DNA of 64,000 nt from Candidatus Kerfeldbacteria bacterium (GTDB lineage Bacteria; Patescibacteriota; Patescibacteriia; UBA10025; JAHIVO01): positions 574,514-638,513 of the forward strand of contig CP181398.1 in NCBI GenBank assembly GCA_047946875.1, given 5' to 3'. This document shows, piece after piece, positions 20,056 to 29,068 of the stretch. Positions within the stretch are counted from its first letter, which is position 1. The number at the start of each line of letters is the position of its first letter. Both the position numbers and the translations under genes were made by a program. Below the pieces are notes generated by a model that was given only the letters and a program-made list of their open reading frames with translations, was not told where the DNA came from and ran no database searches.

Positions 20056-21390
20056 TTATTTTAATGTTTTTACAGTTTGACTAAATTCATTATACTTGTC
20101 ACGAGAAATAGTATAGCGTTGTAGTACAATGGCAGATAAAACTATAAATACAGCTGGAACCACCCCAAAAACTATACGAATTCCCATTAAAGCACTTGAT
20201 GGTTGTATTGCTAAATCGCCAACATAACCAGTAACACTAAGAATAACACCAATAAACAGACCCGATAAAGCAATTCCTAATTGGTGTGAAGTCATCCAAT
20301 ATCCGAAAAATGTAGACTCATGTCTTTCATTAAACTTAACATTATAATATTCAACTAAGTCAGGAACTAATGAATAAGGGATTAAAAGCCAACCGGCCAT
20401 TGAAAATCCTAATAATAAACAACCAACATAGAATGGTATTGTAACAGATTCGCTAACGCCAAATGCTATAGCTAATAATATAATTGCTGAAACTATATTT
20501 GATATTAATAATAAACGACGTTTATCGTGTTTCTTTGTCATCTTATTCCATATTGGAATACCTATTGCAGTAGCAACAACATATATTGCCAACGCATAAG
20601 TACTACTACTCGTACTTCCAACAATATTTTCTGTAAAGTAAACCATACTTACAGTAAGAGCTCCTGTTCCTATAGCTCCTAAAACTTTTACAATCATTAA
20701 AATCAAAACATTTCTTTTTGCTAATAATTTAAAATAGCTTTTAAACTTTAAAGGACTTATTGGTATATTATTTTCTGGAGTATCTATTTTTTTTACACTC
20801 CAAGCGGCAATAAGCGTTGTAAATATTGTAATAACCCCCAAAATAACTGTCATCATTCTTAAGGTAACTACTGCATCAGTACCATCGGAGATTAATAACG
20901 CAAGTCCACCACCAAGAATTGATCCAAAAGTAGATAGAACTGCCCTGATGCTGGTAATTTGAGTTCTTTCATCATAATCTTTTGACATTACCGGCACTAG
21001 TGCCATATAAGGCACTGTTACAACAGAATATGCTGTTGCATATAGTAAGATTAACAATGTAGCAATTACAAATTGTAATCCTTCATTTGCTAAACTAGGT
21101 ATAAACCAAAGTAATGCAAAGCTTAACCCAAAAGGTACTGCACCAAATAAAAGGAAAACTCTTTTTCTACCAAATTTTGATTTTATTCTATCAGACCACA
21201 CTCCAATTATTGGATCATTTATACTATCCCATAATTTCCCAATAAAAAATGCTATACCAGCGAGATAAGCACTCATACCAATAATATCAGTCAAATAATA
21301 AATAAAGAAAAATCCAACTGCAAAATACGATATTGATATCCCAAAGTCTCCCATACCATAAGCAATTTTTTTAGAATATTTTAGTCCCAT
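20056..21390 (-). CDS. MFS transporter, GPH (MelB/MFSD2-like) family
   Basis: YGMGDFG, WDSINDP..G..SDR..SKFGRKR, PY.AL...MS.DYDERT. Confidence 0.92.
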   Translation of the reverse strand: MGLKYSKKIAYGMGDFGISISYFAVGFFFIYYLTDIIGMSAYLAGIAFFIGKLWDSINDPIIGVWSDRIKSKFGRKRVFLLFGAVPFGLSFALLWFIPSLANEGLQFVIATLLILLYATAYSVVTVPYMALVPVMSKDYDERTQITSIRAVLSTFGSILGGGLALLISDGTDAVVTLRMMTVILGVITIFTTLIAAWSVKKIDTPENNIPISPLKFKSYFKLLAKRNVLILMIVKVLGAIGTGALTVSMVYFTENIVGSTSSSTYALAIYVVATAIGIPIWNKMTKKHDKRRLLLISNIVSAIILLAIAFGVSESVTIPFYVGCLLLGFSMAGWLLIPYSLVPDLVEYYNVKFNERHESTFFGYWMTSHQLGIALSGLFIGVILSVTGYVGDLAIQPSSALMGIRIVFGVVPAVFIVLSAIVLQRYTISRDKYNEFSQTVKTLK

Positions 21391-21426
21391 AGTTTTTTAA
21401 TATTATTAATTTTTAATATGTTATAC

Positions 21427-21501
21427 AGTATACCAAAAAATACCTCAACCTGCGAGGTGGGTTCTGGCGGGTATTAGTGAACGACGTTCGAACTAAGATT
21501 C
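21427..21501. repeat. Cassette junction repeat J2
   Basis: agtataccaaaaaatacctcaacctgcgaggtgggttctggcgggtattagtgaacgacgttcgaact. Confidence 0.9.
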
Positions 21502-23970
21502 TTAATACGCAGGAAAAATATTTACACCTCCACGAAATCCTGTATGATGTGTAAAAAATTGGGATTTAACAGTACCCCACATATCAAAAATTCTAACTTG
21601 TGGACCCATTCCAGCTCCAGGAGCAGTCACGATTTCATTTACCCCATCAGCATCAACATCAGCAATAAAAGAAGAAAAATTTCCTCGTAGATGATTACTA
21701 TAAGCAAAGAATTGTGACAATACTTCCCCTCTTGTATTAAATACCCTGACATGTGGACCTGCATTAGATTCAGGCGTAGCAATAATTTCATTTACCCCAT
21801 CAGCATTTACATCACCAATAGAGATATTTAAACCTCCACGGAAAGTCTCAGCATAAGCGAAAAATCTTCCTATAAGCGTACCGTCACCTTTAAACATTGC
21901 TACTTGAGGGCCTAAACCTGACTTTGGAGTTATTATAATATCAGAAACGTCATCAGCATTTACATCACCAACTGATAAATTATATCCTCCACGAATAGTT
22001 GGAGCATATGCCCAAAACTGAGAAACCAGCGTTCCATCTTTTTCAAAAACTCTCACCTGTGGTCCAGCGCTAGATTCTGGCATGGTGATGATTTCAAACA
22101 TTCCATCATTGTCTACATCAGCTAATGCAATACTAACACCTCCACGGAATGTCTCAGCATATGCATAAAACTGAGACTCTAAATTACCATAGCTATCTAA
22201 AATTCTTATATGAGGCGCTGCACCTTGTTTAGGTACTGCAACTATCTCAACTCTCCCATCGTCGTCTATATCTCCAGCCGCCATATTAATACCGGCTCTC
22301 ATATTTGAGGTATAAAACATAAACTCTGCTATTTGATAACCCGCTGAGTTAAATAATCTTACTAATGGCTCGGCACCCACTCCTGGAGCAATTATAAATT
22401 CAGATATACCATCAGTACCCAAATCAATAGAAGTAGCCGTCATACCAAATCTTAAAGAAGAATCATATGCAAAAAAATTAGTAAGTGTTTCTCCCAAATA
22501 ATTTTTAATTATTACTTGTGGGCCACCAGCACTTATTGGAGTAGCTAATATATTTACAGGAGTTGCAACTTCTATTGGCTTTATTCTTTGAGTAAAAATA
22601 TCATGATTGTATCCAGGATTAGTATAATGATTCCTTTCATCCTCCCATACTACTATAATACCCCTATTTCCGTCATTTGCTACGGAATATCTATACCGAT
22701 TGCCGTCACCTGTTGACACTAAATACCCTTCGTTACCCCATAAAAGTCTGCCGTTTACATCAACTTTTTGCATATACAAATCGGACCACATTTGTGGTGT
22801 ATCGGTTGAAGCGTATGTTGTGAAAAAAACATTTCCCCTCCCATCCGCAAGTAGCTCGGGCGCATAATGAGAAAGAGATATGTCAATAATTCCTATTCCG
22901 TCACTTCCCCATTTGAGATTTCCTTCTTGATCAATCCTCTGACCATACATCTTAGTAATTGTGTCATTCCAGCTCACCCAACCGACTACCAGACCACCAA
23001 CACCATCCGAAATTATCATTTCATGCATATTACTGACCATATCTGAAATTAATACTCCATCATTTTCCCATTGCATATCTCCATCAAGATTAATTTTTTG
23101 CACACGTAAATCTCCATAATTACCTATTCCTTCCTTGAATAAAACATAAATATTCGACCCACTTATCACTACGTTTTGATTGCCATACCAAAATTTGACA
23201 GATGATGCAACGACGACATCTGAATTCCAGATACGTTCTCCATCACTTGTAATTCTCTGGCCATAAATTACATTATCATCCTGCCAAAAAACTACCGATC
23301 CTCCATCTTCTGTTAAAGCAAGACTAATTTTGCTAATCTCTAATCCTGAAAAATCGTAAGTTGTTTCTGAAATCGCCTTACCTTCAGTGCCCCACAGTAA
23401 AGTTCCAGCAGTATTTATCCTATTTGCATAAACTACATTATTTTTAATCCAGACAATTATTGCGCCACCATTGCTATCTGAAATGACTTGCACTCCGCCC
23501 TCATTTGTCTGATCATGAGACACCTGCACGCCATTATTTGTCCACTGCACCTCACCACTTACATTAATTCGCTGAGTATATATATCAGTGTTATATTCCT
23601 CATCTCGATTATCCTGCCATACAACAATGGCACCATGCTGGGAATCGCTAACGACGTGGGCAGCTCCGCTTCCACCGCTCTGCGCTACAATCGCTTTTAC
23701 CTGCCCGCTCCATTGAGCAACTCCATCACTATCAATCCGTTTTGCATAAATACCGGAAGCAGATCCTTGGTCAGACATCTTATAAAAAAATAATCCTCCC
23801 CCATACCCATCACCAACCACTTTCGGAGTCGGACCATTACTATCTGATAATACAACAAATTCACCATTCTCAGTCCATTTTACTTCATCATTTTCCATGG
23901 ATGCATATACTTGAGCAGGTATTAAAATAAACATTCCTGTAACCAACAAGGTAATTAATACTTTTTTCAT
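21502..23970 (-). CDS. Secreted beta-propeller protein with C-terminal FG-GAP/VCBS-like repeats
   Basis: Signal peptide; N-terminal repeats (SDG.GG..VVW.D.R...IY.QR....G...W); C-terminal repeats FAY...FRGG....GDV.ADG..EII..P....GP.VR; ATG at 23970 (ORF track starts at TTG 23979). Confidence 0.85.
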   Translation of the reverse strand: MKKVLITLLVTGMFILIPAQVYASMENDEVKWTENGEFVVLSDSNGPTPKVVGDGYGGGLFFYKMSDQGSASGIYAKRIDSDGVAQWSGQVKAIVAQSGGSGAAHVVSDSQHGAIVVWQDNRDEEYNTDIYTQRINVSGEVQWTNNGVQVSHDQTNEGGVQVISDSNGGAIIVWIKNNVVYANRINTAGTLLWGTEGKAISETTYDFSGLEISKISLALTEDGGSVVFWQDDNVIYGQRITSDGERIWNSDVVVASSVKFWYGNQNVVISGSNIYVLFKEGIGNYGDLRVQKINLDGDMQWENDGVLISDMVSNMHEMIISDGVGGLVVGWVSWNDTITKMYGQRIDQEGNLKWGSDGIGIIDISLSHYAPELLADGRGNVFFTTYASTDTPQMWSDLYMQKVDVNGRLLWGNEGYLVSTGDGNRYRYSVANDGNRGIIVVWEDERNHYTNPGYNHDIFTQRIKPIEVATPVNILATPISAGGPQVIIKNYLGETLTNFFAYDSSLRFGMTATSIDLGTDGISEFIIAPGVGAEPLVRLFNSAGYQIAEFMFYTSNMRAGINMAAGDIDDDGRVEIVAVPKQGAAPHIRILDSYGNLESQFYAYAETFRGGVSIALADVDNDGMFEIITMPESSAGPQVRVFEKDGTLVSQFWAYAPTIRGGYNLSVGDVNADDVSDIIITPKSGLGPQVAMFKGDGTLIGRFFAYAETFRGGLNISIGDVNADGVNEIIATPESNAGPHVRVFNTRGEVLSQFFAYSNHLRGNFSSFIADVDADGVNEIVTAPGAGMGPQVRIFDMWGTVKSQFFTHHTGFRGGVNIFPAY

Positions 23971-24001
23971 AGTTTTCAAATTTAATAATTATAATGATTT
24001 T

Positions 24002-24039
24002 AGTATACCAAAAAACACCTCATTCAGCGAGGCGCCTTA
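24002..24039 (-). terminator. tRNA-Trp downstream hairpin plus extended -10 (junction J1)
   Basis: Minus strand CGCCTCGCTGAATGAGGTG-TTTTTT-GGTATACT. Confidence 0.75.
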
Positions 24040-24114
24040 TGGCGGGAGCACTAGGACTCGAACCTAGAATAAGGGTTTTGGAGACCCTTGTGATAGCCAT
24101 TTCACTATGCTCCC
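24040..24114 (-). tRNA. tRNA-Trp(CCA)
   Basis: Cloverleaf: GGGAGCA/TGCTCCC acceptor, AGGGT-CTCCAAA-ACCCT anticodon arm, GTTCGAGT T-loop, encoded CCA. Confidence 0.96.
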
Positions 24115-24133
24115 ACATAAAAACGAAATGTAA

Positions 24134-24289
24134 TTATTTCGTTTCTTTATGCTGTGTATGTTTTTTACACCATTTACAGAATTTCTTTAACTCTAATCTA
24201 TCCTTAAGAAGTTTTTTATTTTTCTTAGAATAATGTGTAATTTGATGACATTCACTGCATTCAAATTTTATCAGATTGTCTTGTGACAT
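24134..24289 (-). CDS. rpmG: 50S ribosomal protein L33 (zinc-binding type)
   Basis: MSQDNLIKFECSECHQITHYSKKNKKLLKDRLELKKFCKWCKKHTQHKETK (below ORF-track cutoff). Confidence 0.95.
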   Translation of the reverse strand: MSQDNLIKFECSECHQITHYSKKNKKLLKDRLELKKFCKWCKKHTQHKETK

Positions 24290-24362
24290 ATATTTTTTAT
24301 TATTTAACTATTTTAATAACTAATTATCCGTGGCAAAACGGTATTACATCTATCCTTGCCTA

Positions 24363-24392
24363 AGCCACCCGTCCCGCGATGCGGGACGACCT
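24363..24392 (-). repeat. Partial copy of the tRNA-Thr(TGT) 3' half with the T-arm replaced by a REP-like palindrome
   Basis: agccacccgtc-ccgcgatgcggg-acgacct vs tRNA agccacccgtc-gggttcgaaccg-acgacct. Confidence 0.75.
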
Positions 24393-24443
24393 CCCACTTA
24401 TTAGCGTAACTGGCCAAACAAATGTATTCATTTATCCAACCAC

Positions 24444-24517
24444 AGCCACCCGTCGGGTTCGAACCGACGACCTACTGTTTACAAAACAGTTGCTCTAGCC
24501 AACTGAGCTAGGGTGGC
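24444..24517 (-). tRNA. tRNA-Thr(TGT)
   Basis: GCCACCC/GGGTGGC acceptor, ACTGT-TTTGTAA-ACAGT, GTTCGAAC; CCA not encoded. Confidence 0.95.
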
Positions 24518-24582
24518 TGCGATAGGACAAATTATGCTTTTTAAAAAACTTTTGCAAATTAATTACTACTAATAACTGCAAA

Positions 24583-24665
24583 TGGGCAGGGAGGGATTCG
24601 AACCCCCGAAGGCCGAAGCCAGCAGATTTACAGTCTGCCCCGTTTGACCACTTCGGTACCTACCC
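24583..24665 (-). tRNA. tRNA-Tyr(GTA)
   Basis: GGGTAGG/CCTGCCC acceptor, GCAGA-CTGTAAA-TCTGC, long variable arm, GTTCGAAT. Confidence 0.95.
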
Positions 24666-24925
24666 GCCCATTTATAGTTATTATATTTTTAATTAACCTT
24701 TTAAACGCCTCTCCACCCTTATATGACTTTATTTGTTTCTCTCTTTTTACAGCTTCAATTTTATTATTAAATTTTTCAATATATATTAATTCCCAAGGCA
24801 TATATCGCTTAGTATATCTTACTTTACCAGAATTATGTTGCCCTAATCTAATTTCAATGTTTTCAGTAAAACCAATATAATACTTATTAATTATTTCACT
24901 TTTTATAATATATACATTAATACAT
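24628..24925 (-). pseudogene. GIY-YIG endonuclease (UPF0213-like), frameshifted at codon 3
   Basis: ATG TAT TAA T GTA... then VYIIKS...YYIGFTENIEIRLGQHNSG..RYTK...PW.L.Y.E......A..RE.QIK; the frame reads into tRNA-Tyr. Confidence 0.8.
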
Positions 24926-25037
24926 ATTTTTCAGATTTATGCCGCCAATGGCGGTACACGCACTCTGCCTATTTTAGTTAAACGTAGGCCAGTCCCGCTA
25001 TCAGCGGGATACCTACCCGCCCATTTATAGTTATTAT
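24657..25037. mobile_element. 353-bp unit bounded by 28-bp identical direct repeats (24657-24684, 25010-25037)
   Basis: tacctacccgcccatttatagttattat occurs twice; the unit encloses the GIY-YIG pseudogene and palindromes. Confidence 0.65.
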
Positions 25038-25195
25038 TTATTTTCAATTTACTTTTTTATATACAATCCAACCATAATAATTAAGTAGGGGTCCCCGATC
25101 CCGCTCAGCGGGATTGTGGGAAGCCAGCTTATTACTGAAAGTGCAGTGTATTAAACTTGTTTCGATACACGAAACTCATAACAATAGAGAGGGCG

Positions 25196-25250
25196 TGGAG
25201 CCGTTGTGCGGATTCTCCGCCTTAGGCGGATGCGCCTTTGGCGCAGAACC
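25196..25250 (-). repeat. Displaced tRNA-Thr(GGT) 3' fragment with two palindromes in the T-loop
   Basis: tggagccgttgtgcggattc-[tccgccttaggcgga tgcgcctttggcgca]-gaacc. Confidence 0.8.
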
Positions 25251-25323
25251 ATATAATGCAGGTCTAACTCCTTACTCCGCCAGAGACAGACAGGCATGGA
25301 ATTGATCTACTTCACCCCGCCAG

Positions 25324-25396
25324 AGCCGATGTGCGGATTCGAACCGCAGACCTACTCCTTACCATGGAGTTGCTCTACCAACTGAGCTACATCGGC
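25324..25396 (-). tRNA. tRNA-Thr(GGT)
   Basis: GCCGATG/CATCGGC acceptor, ACTCC-ATGGTAA-GGAGT, GTTCGAAT. Confidence 0.95.
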
Positions 25397-25439
25397 TCAA
25401 GCGGGGCAAGCCGAGTCTACTGACAGACATGATATTAAT

Positions 25440-26354
25440 TTACTTCTTTTCCTCTTTTAAAGAATCAATTTCCTCTTTTATTTCATCTAATTTTTCATTA
25501 TCAGGATTTGCTTCTCTCAATTGATCATAATACTTATTAGCCATTACAAAATCCTTTAATTTTACTGCTACACTTATTGCCGCATTTAGATTTCTAGGAT
25601 TCTTTGGTTCTAATTTTACTGCCTCTTCATAACATTCTAATGCTTTTTTATATTCACTTGTAGCCATATATACATCACCCAAATCTACATGATAACTAGC
25701 CACTTCATTATTCAATGAGATTGATTTAAGATAATCTTCTGTTGCTTCTTCAGTTTTTCCTTCTTCTACTGCAATCTTACCTAGATGTTCCAGAGCTACA
25801 TCATCTTGAGAATTAATCTTTAATAAATACTGATAAATTTCTTTAGCGTGTTCATAATCTTTCATCTCAAAATATACATCTCCCAAACCTTCATATGCCT
25901 CATTACTTTTTTCATCCAGACTAATAATCTCAATATATTTTTCTTCCGCGAATTTAAATTCTTCTTTATCGACTAAATCTTCTGCTTCTTGCAATAAAAT
26001 AGTAATACTTTTTTCCTGCTCAACTTTATCCATTGGTGTTTCCACTCGAATTTTTTCTGAATATTTCTTTTCTAGGTTTTTCATCTGACTATAAAATCTT
26101 TTCAACATAGGTTCGCGTTTCTCATCTGATTTTTCTTCATCCACATTATCCTTGAATAGTTTTTTTACATTCATTGATTTAAATTTTCTAACGAGCCTTC
26201 CTTCGATTAAACCTTTCTTTATTTGGTCTTGCTTATGTTTTGTTAAAGCTTCAATGTTTATTGCAGCTAATACAGAAAACTTCTTTGCTACTACATAAAA
26301 TATTGTGGCTACACAGATAACTATTATTATTATGGCTATAATATCTATTATCAT
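25440..26354 (-). CDS. Membrane-anchored TPR repeat protein
   Basis: N-terminal TM helix; AYEGLG.VY, YHVDLG.VY...AL.CY..AV.LEP.N repeats. Confidence 0.85.
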   Translation of the reverse strand: MIIDIIAIIIIVICVATIFYVVAKKFSVLAAINIEALTKHKQDQIKKGLIEGRLVRKFKSMNVKKLFKDNVDEEKSDEKREPMLKRFYSQMKNLEKKYSEKIRVETPMDKVEQEKSITILLQEAEDLVDKEEFKFAEEKYIEIISLDEKSNEAYEGLGDVYFEMKDYEHAKEIYQYLLKINSQDDVALEHLGKIAVEEGKTEEATEDYLKSISLNNEVASYHVDLGDVYMATSEYKKALECYEEAVKLEPKNPRNLNAAISVAVKLKDFVMANKYYDQLREANPDNEKLDEIKEEIDSLKEEKK

Positions 26355-27148
26355 AATTTTTTATAATCTTCTAGGGTTACTTCAGTAATATTTTTATCAA
26401 TTAAAACATTAATAGTACCTTTTATAACATTGAAAGATAGCACTTTACCCTCACCTTGTCTAGTCTTTACCTTGGTACCCGCTTTTGGATATTTCTTAGA
26501 TTCTTTTTCATAAAATTCGACCTCATATGACAAACAGCACATCAACCTACCACATGAACCAGAGATTCGGTCACTCCCACGACTATGAATATTCTGTATT
26601 CTAGCAGAATCAGTAGAAACTGTTTTTGGATTTCCTAAGAACTTTTTACAACACAATTCCCTACCACAACCACCAATACCACCCAGTTTTTTTGCCTCAT
26701 CTCTTATACCTATCTGTTGCAATCGAATTGATTTTTGAAAATTTCGAGCTAATTCCTTAACCAAATCCCTAAAATCTACTCTACCTTCTGCTGTAAAAAC
26801 TATTGTAATTTTACCACCATCATATGAGAAAAAACAATCAACTATTTTCATGTCAAGTTTCATATTATCTACTAGCCTACGTGCTTTTGATAATATTTTT
26901 GATCTATCCTTTGACAAAACTTCTATTTTTTTTTCATCATCTTTACTAGCTTTCCTGACAATATTCTTTAAAGAAATTTCCAAAGTTTCTTCATCTATTT
27001 TCGAAACGTTGATTACATTACCTAATTCCAATGCTGAATCAGTTTTTGCAATTACCTTATCTCCAACAATTAATTTAATTTCCTGGGGATCAAAATGATA
27101 AACCTGGTCCCATGGATTAAATTGTACGCCTACAACGTACTTCATCAT
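26351..27148 (-). CDS. PSP1/RicT (YaaT) family Fe-S regulator
   Basis: FTAEGRVDFRDLVKELA, QIGIRDEAK..GGIG.CGRELCC, ISG.CGRLMCCL.YE. Confidence 0.92.
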   Translation of the reverse strand: MMKYVVGVQFNPWDQVYHFDPQEIKLIVGDKVIAKTDSALELGNVINVSKIDEETLEISLKNIVRKASKDDEKKIEVLSKDRSKILSKARRLVDNMKLDMKIVDCFFSYDGGKITIVFTAEGRVDFRDLVKELARNFQKSIRLQQIGIRDEAKKLGGIGGCGRELCCKKFLGNPKTVSTDSARIQNIHSRGSDRISGSCGRLMCCLSYEVEFYEKESKKYPKAGTKVKTRQGEGKVLSFNVIKGTINVLIDKNITEVTLEDYKKL

Positions 27149-27732
27149 AATGATATTACTTTAAACTCTTTAACTTGGATATTTTCTCCTAATTTAAGAA
27201 TCTTCTTTTGAATCAATTGTTCGATAGTAACTTTGTCATCTTTTAAATAAACCTGTTTGATAAAACAAACTTCTGAATAATATTTCTCAAGTTTTCCAGT
27301 AATAATATTATCCCATATCTTTTCTGGTTTTTTTTCTGCTTTCAAAAGTTCTTGAAAAACTTCTTTTTCTTTTGCAATAACCTTAGCAGGAATCTCGTCT
27401 GGTGTAATATATTTAGGATTTGTAGCTACTACTTGCATAGCAAGATCATGAGCCAACTCCTTAAATTCATCTGTATTAGCCACAAAATCACTTTCACAAG
27501 CTAAGGCAACCATAGCAGCTATTTTATTATTTGAATGCATATATGCCCCCACAACACCTTCCTTAGTAACACGATCTTGTTTTTTTGATGCAACTTTTTG
27601 ACCCTGTTTTTTCATTAGATCAATCGCCTTTTCAATATCTCCTTGAGTTTCTTCTAAAGCTTTTTTTGCTGCCATGATACCGGCACCAGTTTCTTCTCTC
27701 AATTGTTGTATTAACTTTGTATCAATTTTCAT
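27145..27732 (-). CDS. tsf: Elongation factor Ts (short form)
   Basis: LREETGAGIM, CESDFVA, AMQVVA. Confidence 0.96.
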   Translation of the reverse strand: MKIDTKLIQQLREETGAGIMAAKKALEETQGDIEKAIDLMKKQGQKVASKKQDRVTKEGVVGAYMHSNNKIAAMVALACESDFVANTDEFKELAHDLAMQVVATNPKYITPDEIPAKVIAKEKEVFQELLKAEKKPEKIWDNIITGKLEKYYSEVCFIKQVYLKDDKVTIEQLIQKKILKLGENIQVKEFKVISL

Positions 27733-27750
27733 ATAATAATCATTTATAAT

Positions 27751-28479
27751 TTATTTACTTGGTTTTTCATCTTTTTTAGAAGCTTCTTTTTCTTTTTTCA
27801 TACTAGCCCCTTCAATAATTGCATCTTTGATAACACTTACAATCAATTTGATTGATTTTGTAGCATCATCATTCGCCGGTATCGGATAATCAACTAGCTC
27901 TGGATTTACATTTGTATCTACCATAGCGATGATTGGAATTTTTTGATTCGTTGCTTCGCGGATTGCCGTTTTTTCTTTCTTGATATCTATGACAAACAAA
28001 GCTTGAGGTTTTTTATCCATATCTTCTATTCCTCCAACCAATACTGTTAATTCCTCAATCTCTTCAGTAAATTTTAATTTTTCCCTTTTTGTATATTTAT
28101 CAAGTTCACCAGCATCTACTTGTTTTCGTAGATATTTTAGTCTCAATGATAATTTTTTGATAATGTCAAAATTGGTTAATATTCCTCCAATCCAACGTTC
28201 TGTGATAAAAGGCATTTTAACTTCTTGGGCTGCCTCTTTTATTATTGATTGAGCTTGTCTCTTAGTAGAAACAAATAAAATCTTGCCATTTTCTGAAGCA
28301 ATTTTCTTAACAAATGCAGTTGCTTCCTTTAATTTTTGATCTGTTTTTTCTAAGTCAATAATATAAAGACCCGCCCTATTTGTATGAATATAGGGTTTCA
28401 TTTTCGGATGCCAATATCTCTGTTGATGACCAAAGTGGACGCCACTCTTAAGCATCTCTAATAAGGTGATTTCTTTCAT
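27751..28479 (-). CDS. rpsB: 30S ribosomal protein S2
   Basis: GVHFGH, WHPKMKPYI, RWIGG.LTNF, DTN, IPANDD; likely start ATG 28479. Confidence 0.97.
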   Translation of the reverse strand: MKEITLLEMLKSGVHFGHQQRYWHPKMKPYIHTNRAGLYIIDLEKTDQKLKEATAFVKKIASENGKILFVSTKRQAQSIIKEAAQEVKMPFITERWIGGILTNFDIIKKLSLRLKYLRKQVDAGELDKYTKREKLKFTEEIEELTVLVGGIEDMDKKPQALFVIDIKKEKTAIREATNQKIPIIAMVDTNVNPELVDYPIPANDDATKSIKLIVSVIKDAIIEGASMKKEKEASKKDEKPSK

Positions 28480-28755
28480 ATTGTTTTTCCTTTTTATCCT
28501 CTTGCTTTCTTCTACCTGATTATTAGACCTAATATTATAATTAGGCAAGGAAATCAGTCAAAAAGCATGGGTGATTAGTTATTAAAAAATCAAACTTACA
28601 TAAGTAAATTTGTGCTTATTATTCTACCATAAGTTGAAAAAAATGCAAGTCATATCAAATACCACAAAAATAGCATCTTTTCACTTAATAATCCTTGCTA
28701 TTATTAGATATCTCTGATATAATATTTTTACATTTTTATATAATATAAATTTAAT

Positions 28756-29016
28756 ATGAAAAAAGAAATTCATCCAAAATATCATTCAAAAGCTAAGGTA
28801 GTATGTGCCTGTGGTAATAGCTTTACAACTGGTTCTACAGTAGAAGAAATTAGCGTAGAAATATGTTCTATGTGCCACCCTTTTTATACTGGTAAACAGA
28901 AAATTCTTGACGATCGAGGTCGTGTTGATAGATTCAAAAAATTAGTTGAAAGAAAAGCTGCCCATAAATCAAAAAAGGCCAAAAGAAAAGTCAAAGACAG
29001 TAAAAAAGCAAAATAA
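28756..29016 (+). CDS. rpmE: 50S ribosomal protein L31
   Basis: [32 protein letters not shown]. Confidence 0.97.
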   Translation: MKKEIHPKYHSKAKVVCACGNSFTTGSTVEEISVEICSMCHPFYTGKQKILDDRGRVDRFKKLVERKAAHKSKKAKRKVKDSKKAK

Positions 29017-29068
29017 CAAAATTTCCCCGATAAATACTATTTTTATTTTGGGGATTTTTTAATGCCTT

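Noticed and set aside
21502-22560. DNA repeats as a diversity-generating retroelement TR/VR pair
   Set aside because: Repeats are in-frame FG-GAP-like protein repeats; no reverse transcriptase and no adenine-specific mismatch pattern seen.
14315-24046. CRISPR array or classical integron attC array
   Set aside because: Spacers are whole genes (0.5-3.7 kb), there is no cas or intI gene, and junctions lack the RYYYAAC...GTTRRRY inverted core.
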